NCBI GenBank assembly: GCA_032718475.1
Contig: JAUCBJ010002670.1
Location: 1-59,505, forward strand
Origin: Nemertoderma westbladi
Taxonomy: Eukaryota; Animalia; Xenacoelomorpha
Length of the DNA stretch: 59,505 nucleotides
Reading direction: 5' to 3'
Of this stretch, positions 37,264 through 50,467 are shown one piece after another (positions within the stretch are counted from its first letter, which is position 1; the number at the start of each line of letters is the position of its first letter). The translations under genes and the position numbers were made by a program. Under the pieces are notes generated by a model. That model worked only from the letters and a program-made list of their open reading frames with translations. It was not told the origin of the DNA and made no database searches.

Positions 37264-39402
37264 ATGGTGTGCAAGAGGGATTAGACGTGCTGGCTATTGA
37301 AAGTTGGAATGGCGAGAAAAAATAAAGAGAAAGATGCAGTGCTAGGAATGAGTCCAGGTGATGTTGAGAAAATTCGAAGGAAAAAAATTAGGGAGAAGGT
37401 ACAGAAATATCGCCAGTGAATAAAGATGAAGATATGTAGAATTCCGCAAAGAAGTACGATTGAAGGAGAAAAACCGAAGAAAGCGTAAAAAGGAGGAAAA
37501 AGGCAATCTCTTACATACGCAGGAGAAGTCAAGAGTTGAAATAGAAAAAAAACGAAAATAGAAAGAACAAGAAGCACTGAGAAAGAAAATCTATCGTGCT
37601 AAGATAAAACAAAGGAAGCGAGAAGAATTACTAGAACAGGCTGCGGCTGAAGTATCCAATAGGTGTATGCTTGTCAGCACTACTCCCAGCCCACATCCCA
37701 ACATTGAATCTGACCCACCATCCAGTAGCAACACTGCTAGCTCGTCTTGGCAATTCATTAGTGGACGGAAGGAGCATTTGCAAGTTCTACGCTCAAAAAA
37801 CAAACGAATAAAGCAGTTGGAAGCTCAGGTTCAAAAGCTTCAGAACGCGAATAACTATCTATTGCATGTGAATCAAACAACACCTGTTGGAATACGAAAC
37901 CAGACCACTCCCAAACCATCCACGTCTGTGTTAAATAGCCTTCAACATAATTTAACACCTCGCAGTAAACGAAGGATTTTAATAATTTCCGATCCTTCCG
38001 CGTGGAAGTGCTTCCGTGCTAATGGGTTTTGTTTGCAATCAAAAAGCTCAAAGGATATAAGAGAAACAGAAGATAAGGTTGTGGCATTCGCGCATGATGA
38101 ACAGATTTCAAAAGAGTGCCCTGATAAACGCAAGGGAGTCATAATCGAAAAGTTAGGCAAGGAAAAGGTACCTTTGAGGTACAGGTTGGAGTCTTTACTT
38201 GTACTTCATGAGAAATTCCAATTGGAATCGGGTATTACATGCTCATACTCCATCTTCTGTCGCTATTGGCCTTTGGATGTGATACTGCCCAAATCCACCG
38301 ATTGGGGCACAGTTTATGCATAGAGTGTATTAATCCCCAATTTATAATAGAGGCTCGCACGAATGTAAAGCTATTACCAAATGGTTCTACGGCAGAACAA
38401 CTGGCTCTCAAATTAGAGACCGACACATTGTGGTTAGAGCATTTAAAGGTTGCTCCAAATTCTCTTATCAAAGTTCAGTCATGGACCAATGAAAGGGATG
38501 AAAATGGAAATAAGGTTTGGAGGAGAGTTACGAGGGAATTACGTCTAAAATCATTGATTTCCATTCTACTTGAGGTGTTGGCGGATCTCAAAGAGCATGT
38601 AAACCGACTTATTAACCAATTTCGACCATTGAAGAGGTCAATCGAGAATCGAAATGATTCAAAAATAATAATTAGAGCCGATTGCAGTGAAAATTATTCC
38701 ATCCCCCGACCAGCTGAAGTACACTCAGCGTATTACACCAAGGAATCAATGTCCATTCACCCAATGATAGTGTATAGTGGTGTAGGGTCCGCACCTTCCA
38801 GTTATGCAGCCATAAGCAACGAGTCAAGCCATAAGGCTGCTGCTGTATTTGTTACAATAAAGAAAGTCTTAGAAGAGGTTCTTGATTCTGGAACAGTTGT
38901 GCCCCAATCAGTTAAACGCTGTCTTATAGTCACAGATTCTCCCAGTTCCCAGTATAGGAATAGGTATACAGTGAAACTATTCAAAGACTACTTCATGACT
39001 ACCGATATCGAGCTCGAATGGCTATTCATGGAACATGGTCATGGAAAAGGGCCCGCAGACAGGGTGGGCTGTACAATTATGCGCACTTTGGACAATGTTA
39101 TCGCTTATGATCCCCTATCTCCAACCCCAAGCTTTCAGACCCTAATGACAAAGCTCAGTAGCTGTGTTATCTCCAAAATTGTGAAATACAAATCTGAGGA
39201 GGTCCAAGAAGCAGATAGAGAGTTGCAGGAAATTCCTGCTAGTGAGCTGGTTGGCATTGGAAAATGTCATCATATCATGTTCAATGGGAAGTCATCTGAT
39301 ATCATTTTGAAGACGATTTCTTTTACTGAATGTATAGAACCTTGCTACATACACGGAGAAAGAAAAGTAATGAAAGATAATTTCGTTGGATTTGTTTTAT
39401 AA
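37264..39402 (+). pseudogene. Sola2-like transposase pseudogene (element about 36940-45780, limits uncertain)
   Basis: RADCSENY, VTDSPSSQYRN, EHGHGKGPADRVG; frameshift near 38320. Inverted subterminal motif ccatgcctgtaac (about 37135) pairs with gttacaggcatgg (about 45567). Confidence 0.78.
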
Positions 39403-39420
39403 CTCAATCAGTTTTGGATA

Positions 39421-39524
39421 TATTAACTCAAGGATTTATTAACTCAAGGATTTATTAACTCAAGGATTTATTAACTCAAGGATTTATTAACTCAAGGATT
39501 TATTAACTCAAGGATTTATTAACT
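39421..39524. repeat. 16-bp tandem repeat (tattaactcaaggatt), 6.5 copies
   Basis: Directly visible. Confidence 0.95.
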
Positions 39525-40246
39525 TAAACACTGAACTTGATCTTCACCATTTATTAGTAACACTGAACTCTACCATGTTTATAGTTTATAGGAGTATATG
39601 ATGGGTGTATTGTATTCGTATTATATCTGTTTTATATGATACTTTGTATGATGGAAGATATACGAATAAAATTAAAAAATAAAGAAATATATTAAGTGTA
39701 TTTTGTTAGCGTATTCAATTCCGCTAACCAGGCCCACACAAAGTTGGCTTCAAGCAATATTGGGAGCATGAGGTTGATTACCAATCAACCTCGTGTCACC
39801 CCAATAAGCGGGGACGACAAACCCCAAAGGGCCTCAAACAATAGAGGTTAGAGGTCAAGGAGAGAGAGTAACAGCAGTAGGGGGGAAACACTCCCACAAA
39901 GTTCAGGGCGAGAATTAGGTTTACTAGCCAATGGGGGGACAGCAGGGCATCAGCTGAGTAATATGGCCAACCTAGAGTATATTACCGGTTGATGTTTAGT
40001 TATTCACTTCAGTTATCTCAGTACAGTCACGGCAGTACGGTGACAGTTTAAGACCGTCACCGCCGTCACCCATATTACCAGTATATTACCGGTTGTGCTA
40101 TCTGCTATTATATCTTACATCTGTTCATCGTATACTATATTTTATATTATCAATAACATCGGAAAACAACAAACTCCTTTTCCATCACACGGTGCGGCTG
40201 ACGCGTACATAAACAACACCGGTCGGGATTCTCGCATCCCGTCACA

Positions 40247-40256
40247 GTCTTAAACT
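40247..40256 (+). promoter_or_regulatory. Putative self-priming primer binding site
   Basis: gtcttaaact is the exact reverse complement of agtttaagac at 40045-40054 in the LTR. Confidence 0.65.
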
Positions 40257-40306
40257 CTAAGAACTGCCTAAGCGAAACTGTGACTGCCAGCCACCAGAGA
40301 CTAAAG

Positions 40307-42462
40307 ATGAGCCAAGAAGGAGAGACGACACCGCCGCGGACCCAGGACGACAACCTAACGATCCGCGAGGCCACGGCGAGACGGTATCGACCCACGAGGC
40401 CGGATTCATCGACGACGAACGACCCGGCAATCCAAGCGGAGGGGGGCCGTCTACAACGAGGACGAGAAGACGAGTCGAGAGAAGGGAGAGACGAGTCGAC
40501 GACGACGACGGCGTCGACGTGCGATGTCGCCGGCCAGCCACAGGCCGAGGGCGACGGACGGCCCACCGGAACGGCGACGGTGGGGCCGCCGGTACGACGC
40601 CGGACACGGAGAGAAAGAGGAGATGTCGGCGACGAGGACGTCGGAGTCAGCGACCGGCTCCGACGGGCCTACAACGCGACGGAAGGCAGATAAAGGAAGC
40701 TAAGGAGGGGCGAAGATAGACCAGGTGAAGCTAGAGAAGCGGCTAGGTGAGTCGAATAAACATTTTGATTGCTTAGTGCGCTTTGGGCAGGGAGAACTAG
40801 CCGATGAGAGAGCGAGAGGGGTTGCCAGCGAACTGTTTGAACTGTGGGGATGTAGGGGTATGGAGCCTGGTGTAGTGTACATAGGGCCATACTTAGTTGA
40901 TGCCAGGGGAGTTAAGTTAGTGGGTTGGGCGGGACCGCACGAGGGCGAATCCGAGGTTAACTCCGAGGATTCGGTCTCGTCGGTCAGCGAGAACCCCGGA
41001 AAGCGGGGGAAAGTTAGTAGGACGGAGGGGCGACGGGAGTCCGTCGCAACCGATAAGTCTGCTACATCCTCCGCAAAAGAAAGAAGGGTGTTAGAAATAA
41101 ATCTGGCGTGTCAGCGTAAAGAGCGTGAGGCGAGAAGGGCGAGCGAGTGTAAAGAGCGCGAGGCGAGGTGGCTTGAGAGGGTTGCGAGAGAGACAGAGTT
41201 GGCCGAGCAAAGTCTGCGGGAGGATGGAGAGAGAGAAACGTTTGCTAATACCCCACTTACAGGGACCGGACGACAGACCCAAGACTGGTGTACCGTACGG
41301 GCGGGGGGGGGGGGGGGTAATAATAATAGATTAGAGAACGTTAATATTAATAGTACCGTAGTAAATAACCCTAATACCTTTATTACAGGAAATAGTATTT
41401 TACCCGGTGATTTAAATACAAATAATCAAATATTTAATCCAAATAATTCGAATAATAATTTAAATTTAGAAAATAATAATAATTCTAATATAAATAATAA
41501 TATTGATAACGGGGCTATTAATACTAATGTAGACACAGATGGTCCGGCCAACGGTAGCCTGCAAGGCAACGTAGTTAGTAGGCAGGGAGTGGCGGGGTTG
41601 AGTCAACCCGAGGTGGGCCTGGTAGGCCACGCAGTAGTAGAGAGAGAGGCGGGGGTGAATAGACCCAGCCGCAGTAGAGACAGTGCGTCGACTAGAGAGG
41701 GGTGTAGAAGTGGAGTAAGAGATAGTGAAGTAAGATGTGGCGAGTGGGGGGGAGGGGGCTACGGGCGCCCCACCACGAGAGATTAGTAGCGAGTGGGGTC
41801 GAACTTCGGGAGATTGCCGTCGCCCCGGAGAAATGCACCGCACGCCAAGAGAGCGGTACAGAGTGTACCGATAAGAAGACGAGAATAGAAGACGGGATCG
41901 AAGAGAAACTTCCCGACGGGATATAGCTGCCGACCGAGAGTATGGTAGTCGTGGGGAGATTCGAGATTCGAGAGAATTAAACTTCGGTTCGGAAGGGCAC
42001 ATGCAGACTGCAGGACATACTGTAGGCCTTACTGCACATACTATTATAGGCCATGCTGGGAGAGATAGTGTAGGCGATAGGGTAGCGCGAACGACGGGAT
42101 TAAACCCGGAGGTCGCGGAGTACATACCGGTAGGTAGGCCAGAAGTGGATAGGCCTACATCGGTACCGGCACAGCAGCATGACTATAATATCCAGGGACA
42201 CAACAAATACCCGGTTGATGGGGATATTGCGGATAAGCAATATAAACAACCAAGAACAAATATATGCAAATACCCGGTTGAGGGGGATATTGCAGATAGA
42301 TGGATGGGCCCTAATATATTAACATCAACCCCAGTACCAAACATAACATTGGTGGGGGGGGGGGGGGGGGGGGGCAGGGTGACATTCCCCCATTACAGTA
42401 TAGGCAATATAAACAACCAAGAACAAATAGGAACAAGAGAACAAGCTAGAGAGAACAAGTAG
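40307..42462 (+). pseudogene. Disrupted low-complexity ORF in the gag position of the LTR element
   Basis: ATG 60 nt after the LTR; successive ORFs 40307-40693, 40725-41786 and 42001-42462 rich in R/E/G/N; no zinc knuckle seen. Confidence 0.5.
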
Positions 42463-42902
42463 GACGAGCGAGAGGGGGAAAGATGGTAGGGTGCATGATG
42501 GAGGAGTGGCCCTTAGGTTGCTGAGTGGTCCAATAGGTTGGACAGAAAAGGCTACGGACGCGCCGACGTGAAGGTGTAGGTATTTAAAGAGAAACATACG
42601 CACTGAGGTAAACTGAGGGCGTCACGGGCGGGTATGCAAAGGGGGTATATGCGCATACCGTTGGAGAGTATGGAGAGGGAGAAACCTGTGGGCATTGAGG
42701 ACATCAGGTGACCAGAAATGAGAAGGATTAGAGGAAAAGAGTGGGCGGAAAGTAGGGTGAGCTAGAGGGGGAAGATGGGAGAGATGAGAAGGGCACAGGG
42801 GATGCGTTGAACTAAGTAGGACACGGGCGTGATGACGTGTCTGATGTAAGAGCAGGGTATGTTAATTAGGGTGGGTGCCGGGCACAAGAGGTGCCGGGCA
42901 CA

Positions 42903-43790
42903 AGGAGTTAGTAGTAGAGTTAGAGGTTAGTAAGAGGGTACGTAGTACCGGTTAGTAAGAGTTAGTGGAGTTAGAGGTTAGTAAGAGGGTATGTAGTACC
43001 GGTTAGTAAGAGTTAGTGGGGTTAGAGGTTAGTAAGAGGGTACATAGTACCGGTTAGTAAGAGTTAGTGGGGTTAGAGGTTAGTAAGAGGGTACGTAGTA
43101 CCGGTTAGTAAGAGTTAGTAGTAGTTCACATAATTAACATACCCACTTTGCCGGCACTCAGAGCGTCATGTGCAGGCGAGGAAATGTAAGGGGATAAGAT
43201 TCAAAGGTAGGTGTAGAGGAGACAGGATGTAGATAGAGTAGAGGGAGTAGATGTAGAGAGTTAGCAGAGTAGAAGTAGTAGTAGAGTGATTGCGGGTACC
43301 GCAAGCGCCACGTAGATAGAGGTGGTAGCAGAGCTAGAGGTAGTAGTAGAGTTAGAGAGTTAGAGGAGTTAGTAGGGGTAGTAAGAGGGTACGTAGTACC
43401 GATAGTTAGAGGAGATAGTAAGAGTAGTAAGAGGGTACGTAGTACCGTTAGTTAGAAAGTTAGTAGAGTTAGCAGAGGTAGAGAGTCAGTAGAGAGCTAG
43501 GGAGTTAGTAGAGCTAGTGGAGTAGAGTTAGTAGAGCTAGTCAGTAGAGTTAGAGAGCTAAGGAGTTAGTAGAGCTAGTGGAGTAGAGTTAGTAGAGCTA
43601 GTGGAGTAGAGTTAGTAGAGCTAGTCAGTAGAGTTAGAGAGCTAAGGACTTAGTAGAGCTAGTGGAGTAGAGTTAGTAGAGCTAGTGGAGTAGAGTTAGT
43701 AGAGCTAGTTAGCAGAGTTAGTAGAACTAGTGGAGTCAGTAGAGTTAGCAGTAAGAGAGTAGAGACCGTAGAAGTAGTAGCTAGAAAGGG
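42903..43790. repeat. Purine-rich tandem repeats (51 bp x4, then agagttagtagagctagtggagt-type units)
   Basis: Directly visible. Confidence 0.85.
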
Positions 43791-45920
43791 CAGATAGGAT
43801 AATAGCGCAGACAGGGGGAACATGGGTAAGACAAAATTAAAATAAAAGTTAAGAATATCAGGATCACCTCCAAACAACAAAAGGGCCTTCGAAGGTCTGG
43901 TAGACCACCCGGGGCTGAAGGGCGAGTCAGTGTAATACAACAGCCGGCATCTAGTAGACAGGGAGGTGGATACACATATCAGAGGTGGGAGAAGCCGGAA
44001 GCGGATAGACTTGAGGGGAAGCGACTGGAAGAAGTCGCCAGGCGAGGAAGGCGGAGAGAGAGTAGTGAGTAGTAGGAATGAAACGCGTTATGTAGACGAG
44101 CTTGTAATATAATATATATAACAACAATAATTATAATCTTATAATAATTATATAATATCTCGTATATATATTATACAGTATGTACCGTAGTCAAGCACAA
44201 CCTTTTTCCAATTAGCTACTGGGACTGGGGACTAATTGACTAGGGCGACAGGACGGGACTTAGACGGCTCCCAGTAACATGGTGCACACATGTGTGGGAC
44301 CCGATAAGTGTGTGGTCATTAAACAACAGGGCGGAGTCTCAGGATTTATTGTGAAAGCTCGTATCCTGCGGGATAAGAATCGTGCAGATGGGCACTACCG
44401 GGATACGAGTAGGAGGGGCACTTGGTGGGACCACAGGCGTGGGAGTGAGGAGTAGAGAGGAGTATGAGAAAGTATGAGAGAGTATGAGAGGAATGTGAGA
44501 AGAGTATGAGAGGAGAACGCAAGAGAGATAGCGAGAGGTGGTGAGAGAGATACGCGAGGAGAGAGTGCGGGTGCAATTCAAGTGTGGGGGGGGGGGGCGG
44601 GAGAGCAAGAGGCAGAGTGAGGGACGAGGACGTCCGAGAGTATGGAAGAGTTAGGGTGAAAGTGGAGCGGAGTTAGCGGTGAAAGTGTTGGGGAAACAAA
44701 AGTCGTGTGAGAGGAAGTCACGATCGGCCCGACACGGGACGCCAGGAAAACGGGGTAGCGATATCATACCCATAGGGAGCGGCCTGGAAAGCCGGCTCCG
44801 AAGAAAATAATTCCACCCCACACCCGATAGTAGATCGGGATCCAGCGGAATTGTAGCGCACTAGAGGTGGATGCTATCTTCTCACCGGGAAGATAGCATG
44901 GGGGGGAGTGTTAGCGTATTCAATTCCGCTAACCAAGCCCACACAAAGTTGGCTTTAAGCAATATTGGGAGCACGAGGTTGATTACCAATCAACCTCGTG
45001 TCACCCCAATAAGCGGGGACGACAAACCCCAAAGGGCCTCAGACAATAGAGGTTAGAGGTCAAGGAGAGAGAGTAACAGCAGCGGGGGGGGGGGGGGGGG
45101 TAAACACTCCCACAAAGTTCAGGGCGAGAATTAGGTTACTAGCCAATGGGGGGACAGCAGGGCATCAGCTGAGTAATACGGCCAACCTAGAGTATATTAC
45201 TGGTTGATGTTTAGTTATTCACTTCAGTTATCTCAGTACAGTCACGGCAGTACGGTGACAGTTTAAGACCGTCACCGCCGTCACCTATTAGTTACCATAT
45301 ATTACCGGTTGTGCTATCTGCCATTATACTTACATCTGTTCATCGTTTACTATATTTTATACATCTATCAATAACATCGGAACAATAACGAACTCCTTTT
45401 TTCCATCACACGGTGCGGCTGACCCGTACATAAACAACACCGGTCGGGATTCTCGGATCCCGTCACATATTTTATTATCTGGTTACAAGCTGTATTTCCA
45501 GTGAAAAGCATTGGGACATGTCCCACTTGTAACTGAAATTATTCGGAAAATTTCCCACATATTATAGTTACAGGCATGGGACAAAAGGTTACAGGTGGGA
45601 CACACATTTATCGCAATCTGGACTCCTTCTAGTAGTAGTATTTTATTGATATTGATAATATTGTTAATAATATAAAGCACAGCACAATCACTAATAATAA
45701 GCGAAATAGGAAATATACAAATCTACAATATATTCAAGCTTCGACACAATGTACACTGAATTCTACACACTCTAAGCTTTCAGAATATATATTGGTTATT
45801 GGGGTTTTCGAAAAAAAAAATTATTGTAAAAAATCTTCTAATTTTGGCTACTTTTTTGTGTTTCCAGCCGTAAAGACCAAACAACAACAGGGAAATTTTC
45901 AACATCAAAATAAATCGCAA

Positions 45921-46115
45921 GTACTGGTGATCAAACGCACTATTCATCAAACTGTCAAGTCATTACAGATATTGAGCAGCGTAAATATATTCTATCAAAT
46001 AAACGACTGTGTTACAGGTGTGTTAAGGGTGGCCATATAGCAAGGGACTGTCCGTGTGACAAACCTTATTATAATTGCAAGAAATACGGACACCACGATG
46101 CAATATTTCACAAAC
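45921..46115 (+). pseudogene. BEL/Pao gag zinc knuckles
   Basis: HYSSNC..QRK.IL..KRLCYRCVKGGHIARDC....NCKKYGHH. Confidence 0.85.
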
Positions 46116-46214
46116 TGACAATGTCTCGTCCACAAATACAAAAACCATTGAAAGATGTCAACAAAACATCGGTTAACGTAATATCGGTTAATAATAGTTC
46201 AACATTATCAGTTC

Positions 46215-49155
46215 AAGTTTCATAACATATCATTACTAAATCTCAATACGGTTTTTTGAAACGCCGTAGTACATCTACTCAATTACTCGAAAGTACAAAC
46301 GAATGGTTTAAATTATTAGATAATCGGAACTTGTTGTGCACTCGAAATTACTTTGTAAATTGAGTAGCTACGGTTTTTCAGGAGATTTATTGCTTTGGAT
46401 TGGTGCATTTTTAAGTAACCGTACGCAGCAAGTAATAGTCGGTAATTCTGTTTCTACTGTGTGCAAAGTTATATCAGGACCAATTCCAGGCAGTGTCCTG
46501 GGTCCTTTGTTATTTTTACTTCATGTGAACGACTTACCTGATGTTTTAGGATCTAACAGTATAGCATTAGCTGTAAATTGTTTGCTGACGATTTGAAATT
46601 GTATAGTATATCTTCTACACACCAATACTTAGCTGATGCACTTCTACAACATGAGTCATGGGCTAATGATTGGTAGGTTAGAGTGGCTACACGGTTATAT
46701 TGAAAAATATCGAGACATGAAAAATATCGAGAGTAAAAATAACGCGAGTAAAAACATCGAGTGTTGAAAAATAACGATAATATCGAGAGTTCAAAAAATA
46801 TCGAGTGTTGAAAAATATCGAGAGTAAAAATATCGAGAGTAAAAATATCGAGTGTTGAAAAATATCGAGAGTAAAAATATCGAGTGTTGAAAAATATCGA
46901 GAGTAAAAATATCGAGTGTTGAAAAATATCGAGAGTAATAATATCGAGTGTTGAAAAATATCGAGAGTAAAAATATCGAGTGTTGAAAAATATCGAGAGT
47001 AAAAATATCGAGTGTTGAAAAATATCGAGAGTAGAAATATCGAGTGTTGGAAAATATCGAGTGTTGAAAAATATCGAGTGTTGAAAAATATCGAGTGTTG
47101 AAAAATATCGAGAGTAAAAATATCGGGAGTAAAAATATAGAGTAAAAATATCGAGTGTTGAAAAATATCGAGAGTAAAAATATCGAGTGTTGAAAAATAT
47201 CAAGAGTAAAAATATCGAGTGTTGAAAAATATAGAATGTTGAAAAATATCGAGAGTAAAAATAACGATAGTAACAATTTTTTTAAATTAGGGTTGTATGA
47301 TTATTTTTTTTTACTAAAAATGTTCTAGAACAAAAATATTTATCAACATTTTGTAGCTTGGGGTGTACGTGTTCTAATATAATATTTAACAATATTTATA
47401 ATATTTATCAAGATTTATAGCTAGCACCTCTTTTATAATATTTATTAAAAAAATAGCAAAAACTAGCTAGTATAATAAATCTGGTAAATGGGTACCCAAG
47501 GTGTATTACATAATGCCATTCACTTGCACTGTTGTAACCCATGCACTGCAATATTGTTCCATAATTCTAAATAAAATGCTCAAGTAAAATGCAATATGTT
47601 TACTCTCGATATTTTTCAACACTCGATATTTTTCAACGCTCGATATTTTTCAACACTCGATATTTTTCAACACTCGATATTTTTCAACACTCGATATTTT
47701 TCAACAGTCGATATTTTTCAACACTCGATATTTTTCAACACTCGATATTTTTACTCTCGATATTTTTACTCTCGATATTTTTCAACACTCGATATTTTTC
47801 AACACTCGATATTTTTACTCTCGATATTTTTCAACACTCGATATTTTTCAACACTCGATATTTTTACTCTCGATATTTTTCAACACTCGATATTTTTACT
47901 CTCGATATTTTTCAACACTCGATATTTTTACTCTCGATATTTTTCAACACTCGATATTTTTACTCTCGATATTTTTCAACACTCGTTATTTTCGATATTT
48001 TTCATCTCGTGTTATTTTTACTCTCGATGTTTTTTAATCACGTTAATTTTCAACACTCGTTATTTTTACTCTCGATATTTTTACTCTCGTTATTTTTACT
48101 CTCGATATTTTTCAAGTCTCGATATTTTTCACCATTACCGGCTACACATATATGTTCAGTGCTACATATAAATACAAGTAGTAAAAAGCCTTCTGTGCAA
48201 TATTATCTTAACGGTAGAGCTTTAAAAACAGATGAATCGTGTAGGGACTTCGGAATGACTGTTTGCAACAATTTAAAATTCGATTTACACAATCGTGAGC
48301 AGGTGAAGAAGGCCTTTAGAGTAATCAATATGTTATTTAAATGTTTTTATACAAAGTAATCTACCCTATCTAATAACATCCTACCAATTCTAGAATATTG
48401 CATACCTGTTTGTTCGCCGTTTCAATTGGGCACCATTGATTTAATAGAAAGTGTTCAGAGATATTTCACGCGCCGTTTATTTTTCCGTTGTAAGATAGCT
48501 CGCGCTAGTTATATTGACAGTCTACGGTATTTAAACATACAGCCATTGGAAATTCGTAGGCACATTTTTGATCTGAAGATGGTTTACTCAATAATTAATG
48601 AGAATGTTGACTTAAATATGTGCGATTTCTTTATATTTAGAAACAGCACAACAAATAGAGGTCATAACCGTAAACTGTATAAGCCACTTTGTAGGTTACT
48701 CACTGTAAAGAACTCATTTGCCAAAATGACCATTGATTTATGGAATAGCTTGCCAGTAGAGGTTGTTAACTGTACCAGTGTCTCATCTTTTTCTGAGAAA
48801 CTGAAAGATATCGATTTGCTGCCATATTGTAATTTTAATAGATTTTTAGATTAACATTTTATTTCACTATTATACCACACCGTCATCAAACTGCTTTTCT
48901 GTAAATAACTATTTTTAAATTATGCGTTATACTGTATTATATATTTTTTATTTGTTCTACCACGAGCCGTTACGAATGTCTATTTTTATACTTTTTAAAC
49001 TTGAATTATATTTAGCCTATTTACAGTACAATACCGAAACCTTATGTTTGTTTACTGAAGTTTATATCCACCTATTAGTGTAATATAATTGTGCCTTGGT
49101 GGTGTTTCCCCCTTTTAATATTAATTTTAATAGAGTGTAATAATAATAATAAAAA
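46215..49155 (+). mobile_element. 5'-truncated CR1-like LINE, interrupted at 46693-48139
   Basis: QYGFLKRRST, GSVLGPLLFL..VNDL, LFADDLKLY, IESVQRYFTR, RGH..KL, WNSLP; (taa)n tail. Confidence 0.88.
46693..48139. mobile_element. Non-autonomous foldback DNA transposon with long modular TIRs
   Basis: 8-bp TSD ggctacac; GGT termini; arms of about 550 bp built from aaaaatatcgagtgttg and aaaaatatcgagagt units in inverted orientation. Confidence 0.9.
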
Positions 49156-49157
49156 AT

Positions 49158-49590
49158 ATTTTTAGAAAGTGACGAGGTAGTACAGGAATTTGGAAAACTG
49201 CATATGGAGTGGAAATTCAATGTCCCATTGAATCCATCAGCCTATGGCTTCATAGAAAGGTTAGTCGATTCATCTAAACTTATCTTGAAGAAGGTAATAG
49301 GACGAGCAATACTAACATTTGAAGAACTAATGACATTTCTTGTATCCACAGAAGCAACAATTAATAGCCGTCCACTAACATTTATTACAGATGACGCCAA
49401 GGAATCATACCAAACATTAACACCCGCACATTTTCTTGTAGGGCGGCGATTATGTTCTCTACCTTACGTTACAGGCAAAGTTAACATTAATAAACCAACT
49501 AAGAATCAATTGGTTTAATCAATAAAACGATAAGAAAGAAACGCTAACCATTTTTGGCAAATATGGAAGGAAGAATACGTAGTTAATTTA
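49158..49590 (+). pseudogene. BEL/Pao integrase C-terminal fragment
   Basis: WKFNVP..P..GFIERLV, EATINSRPL, LTPAHFLVGR, FWQIWKEEYV. Confidence 0.9.
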
Positions 49591-49924
49591 ACCCTATTAC
49601 CACTGGGGTGTTTAGACCATTAGCAGCACTGGCGGGGGGTCGAATTGGCCCCCCCGCTGTATTTTTGTGATCATCCAATAAAATCCTACGAAATTTCCTA
49701 CGAAACTGTAGGTGAAAAAATTATCGAGGAACATTTTCAAATCCAAAAAAAAATGAAAATTTCATACGGTGGGTATAATAATTTTCATGAAAAATAGAAG
49801 TAGTCCCAGGACAAAATATACATTTTTTTGATATTCTAAAAACTAATAGGGTGGCATTGTTGTCTAGCGTTAGTAGGTTTTTCACTACGCTGAATCGAAT
49901 GTGATTATATTCCATTTCCGAAAA

Positions 49925-50467
49925 TTGAACTGTATTCGGGATTTGGAAGTCACAGAGAATTAATCGGAAACTTAAGGTCCGATTATTTAGAGCTGCAGTA
50001 GTTCCAGTACTCCTCTATGGGAGTCCATGCTGGGCTCTAACTGCTGAGGACACCAAATCTCTGGATGGCACATTCACAAGAATGCTACGCCGGGTTCATT
50101 GTGTCAATACAATGCACACATCTCCAACCAGACAAAATATAACATTGGAGGTGTCTCATTGGTTCCCCCAAGCTTGACACTATAACAAAGTCGCCTCCGC
50201 TTTCCAGGACATTGCTTTCGCCGTGAGGACCAGCCAGTGCATAATATTGTGCTTTGGCAGTCTCGTGGAGTGAATAAGCATGGTGGACAGCCAATGACTT
50301 TCTTGAGACGCATCTTAAAGGACACTGGCCTTGAAGATGCAGATGATCTAGCAAATGTCATGGGTGATAGGGAGTTGTGATGGCGCACTTTTGTCGACAA
50401 GCCGGCACAGCATTCTTAAAAATACAGCTGCAATGCAGCATGCCGATCCTAGTAGTAATAGTAGTAG
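49925..50467 (+). mobile_element. RTE-clade LINE 3' fragment
   Basis: KVRLFRAAVVPVLLYGS..W.LT....SLDGTFTRMLR; (agt)n tail; same family as 15743-16017. Confidence 0.85.

Larger units (their letters stand above)
39704..45467 (+). mobile_element. Non-autonomous LTR retroelement (LTRs 39704-40246 and 44909-45467)
   Basis: Highly similar TG..CA LTRs, TSD tattt, PPT at 44900-44908; no RT, RNase H or integrase motifs inside. Confidence 0.93.

Noticed and set aside
46553-48359. Repetitive ORFs (FFNTRYFYSRYFSTLDIF) or a CRISPR-like array
   Set aside because: These are translations of TIR repeat modules; there are no unique spacers and no cas genes.
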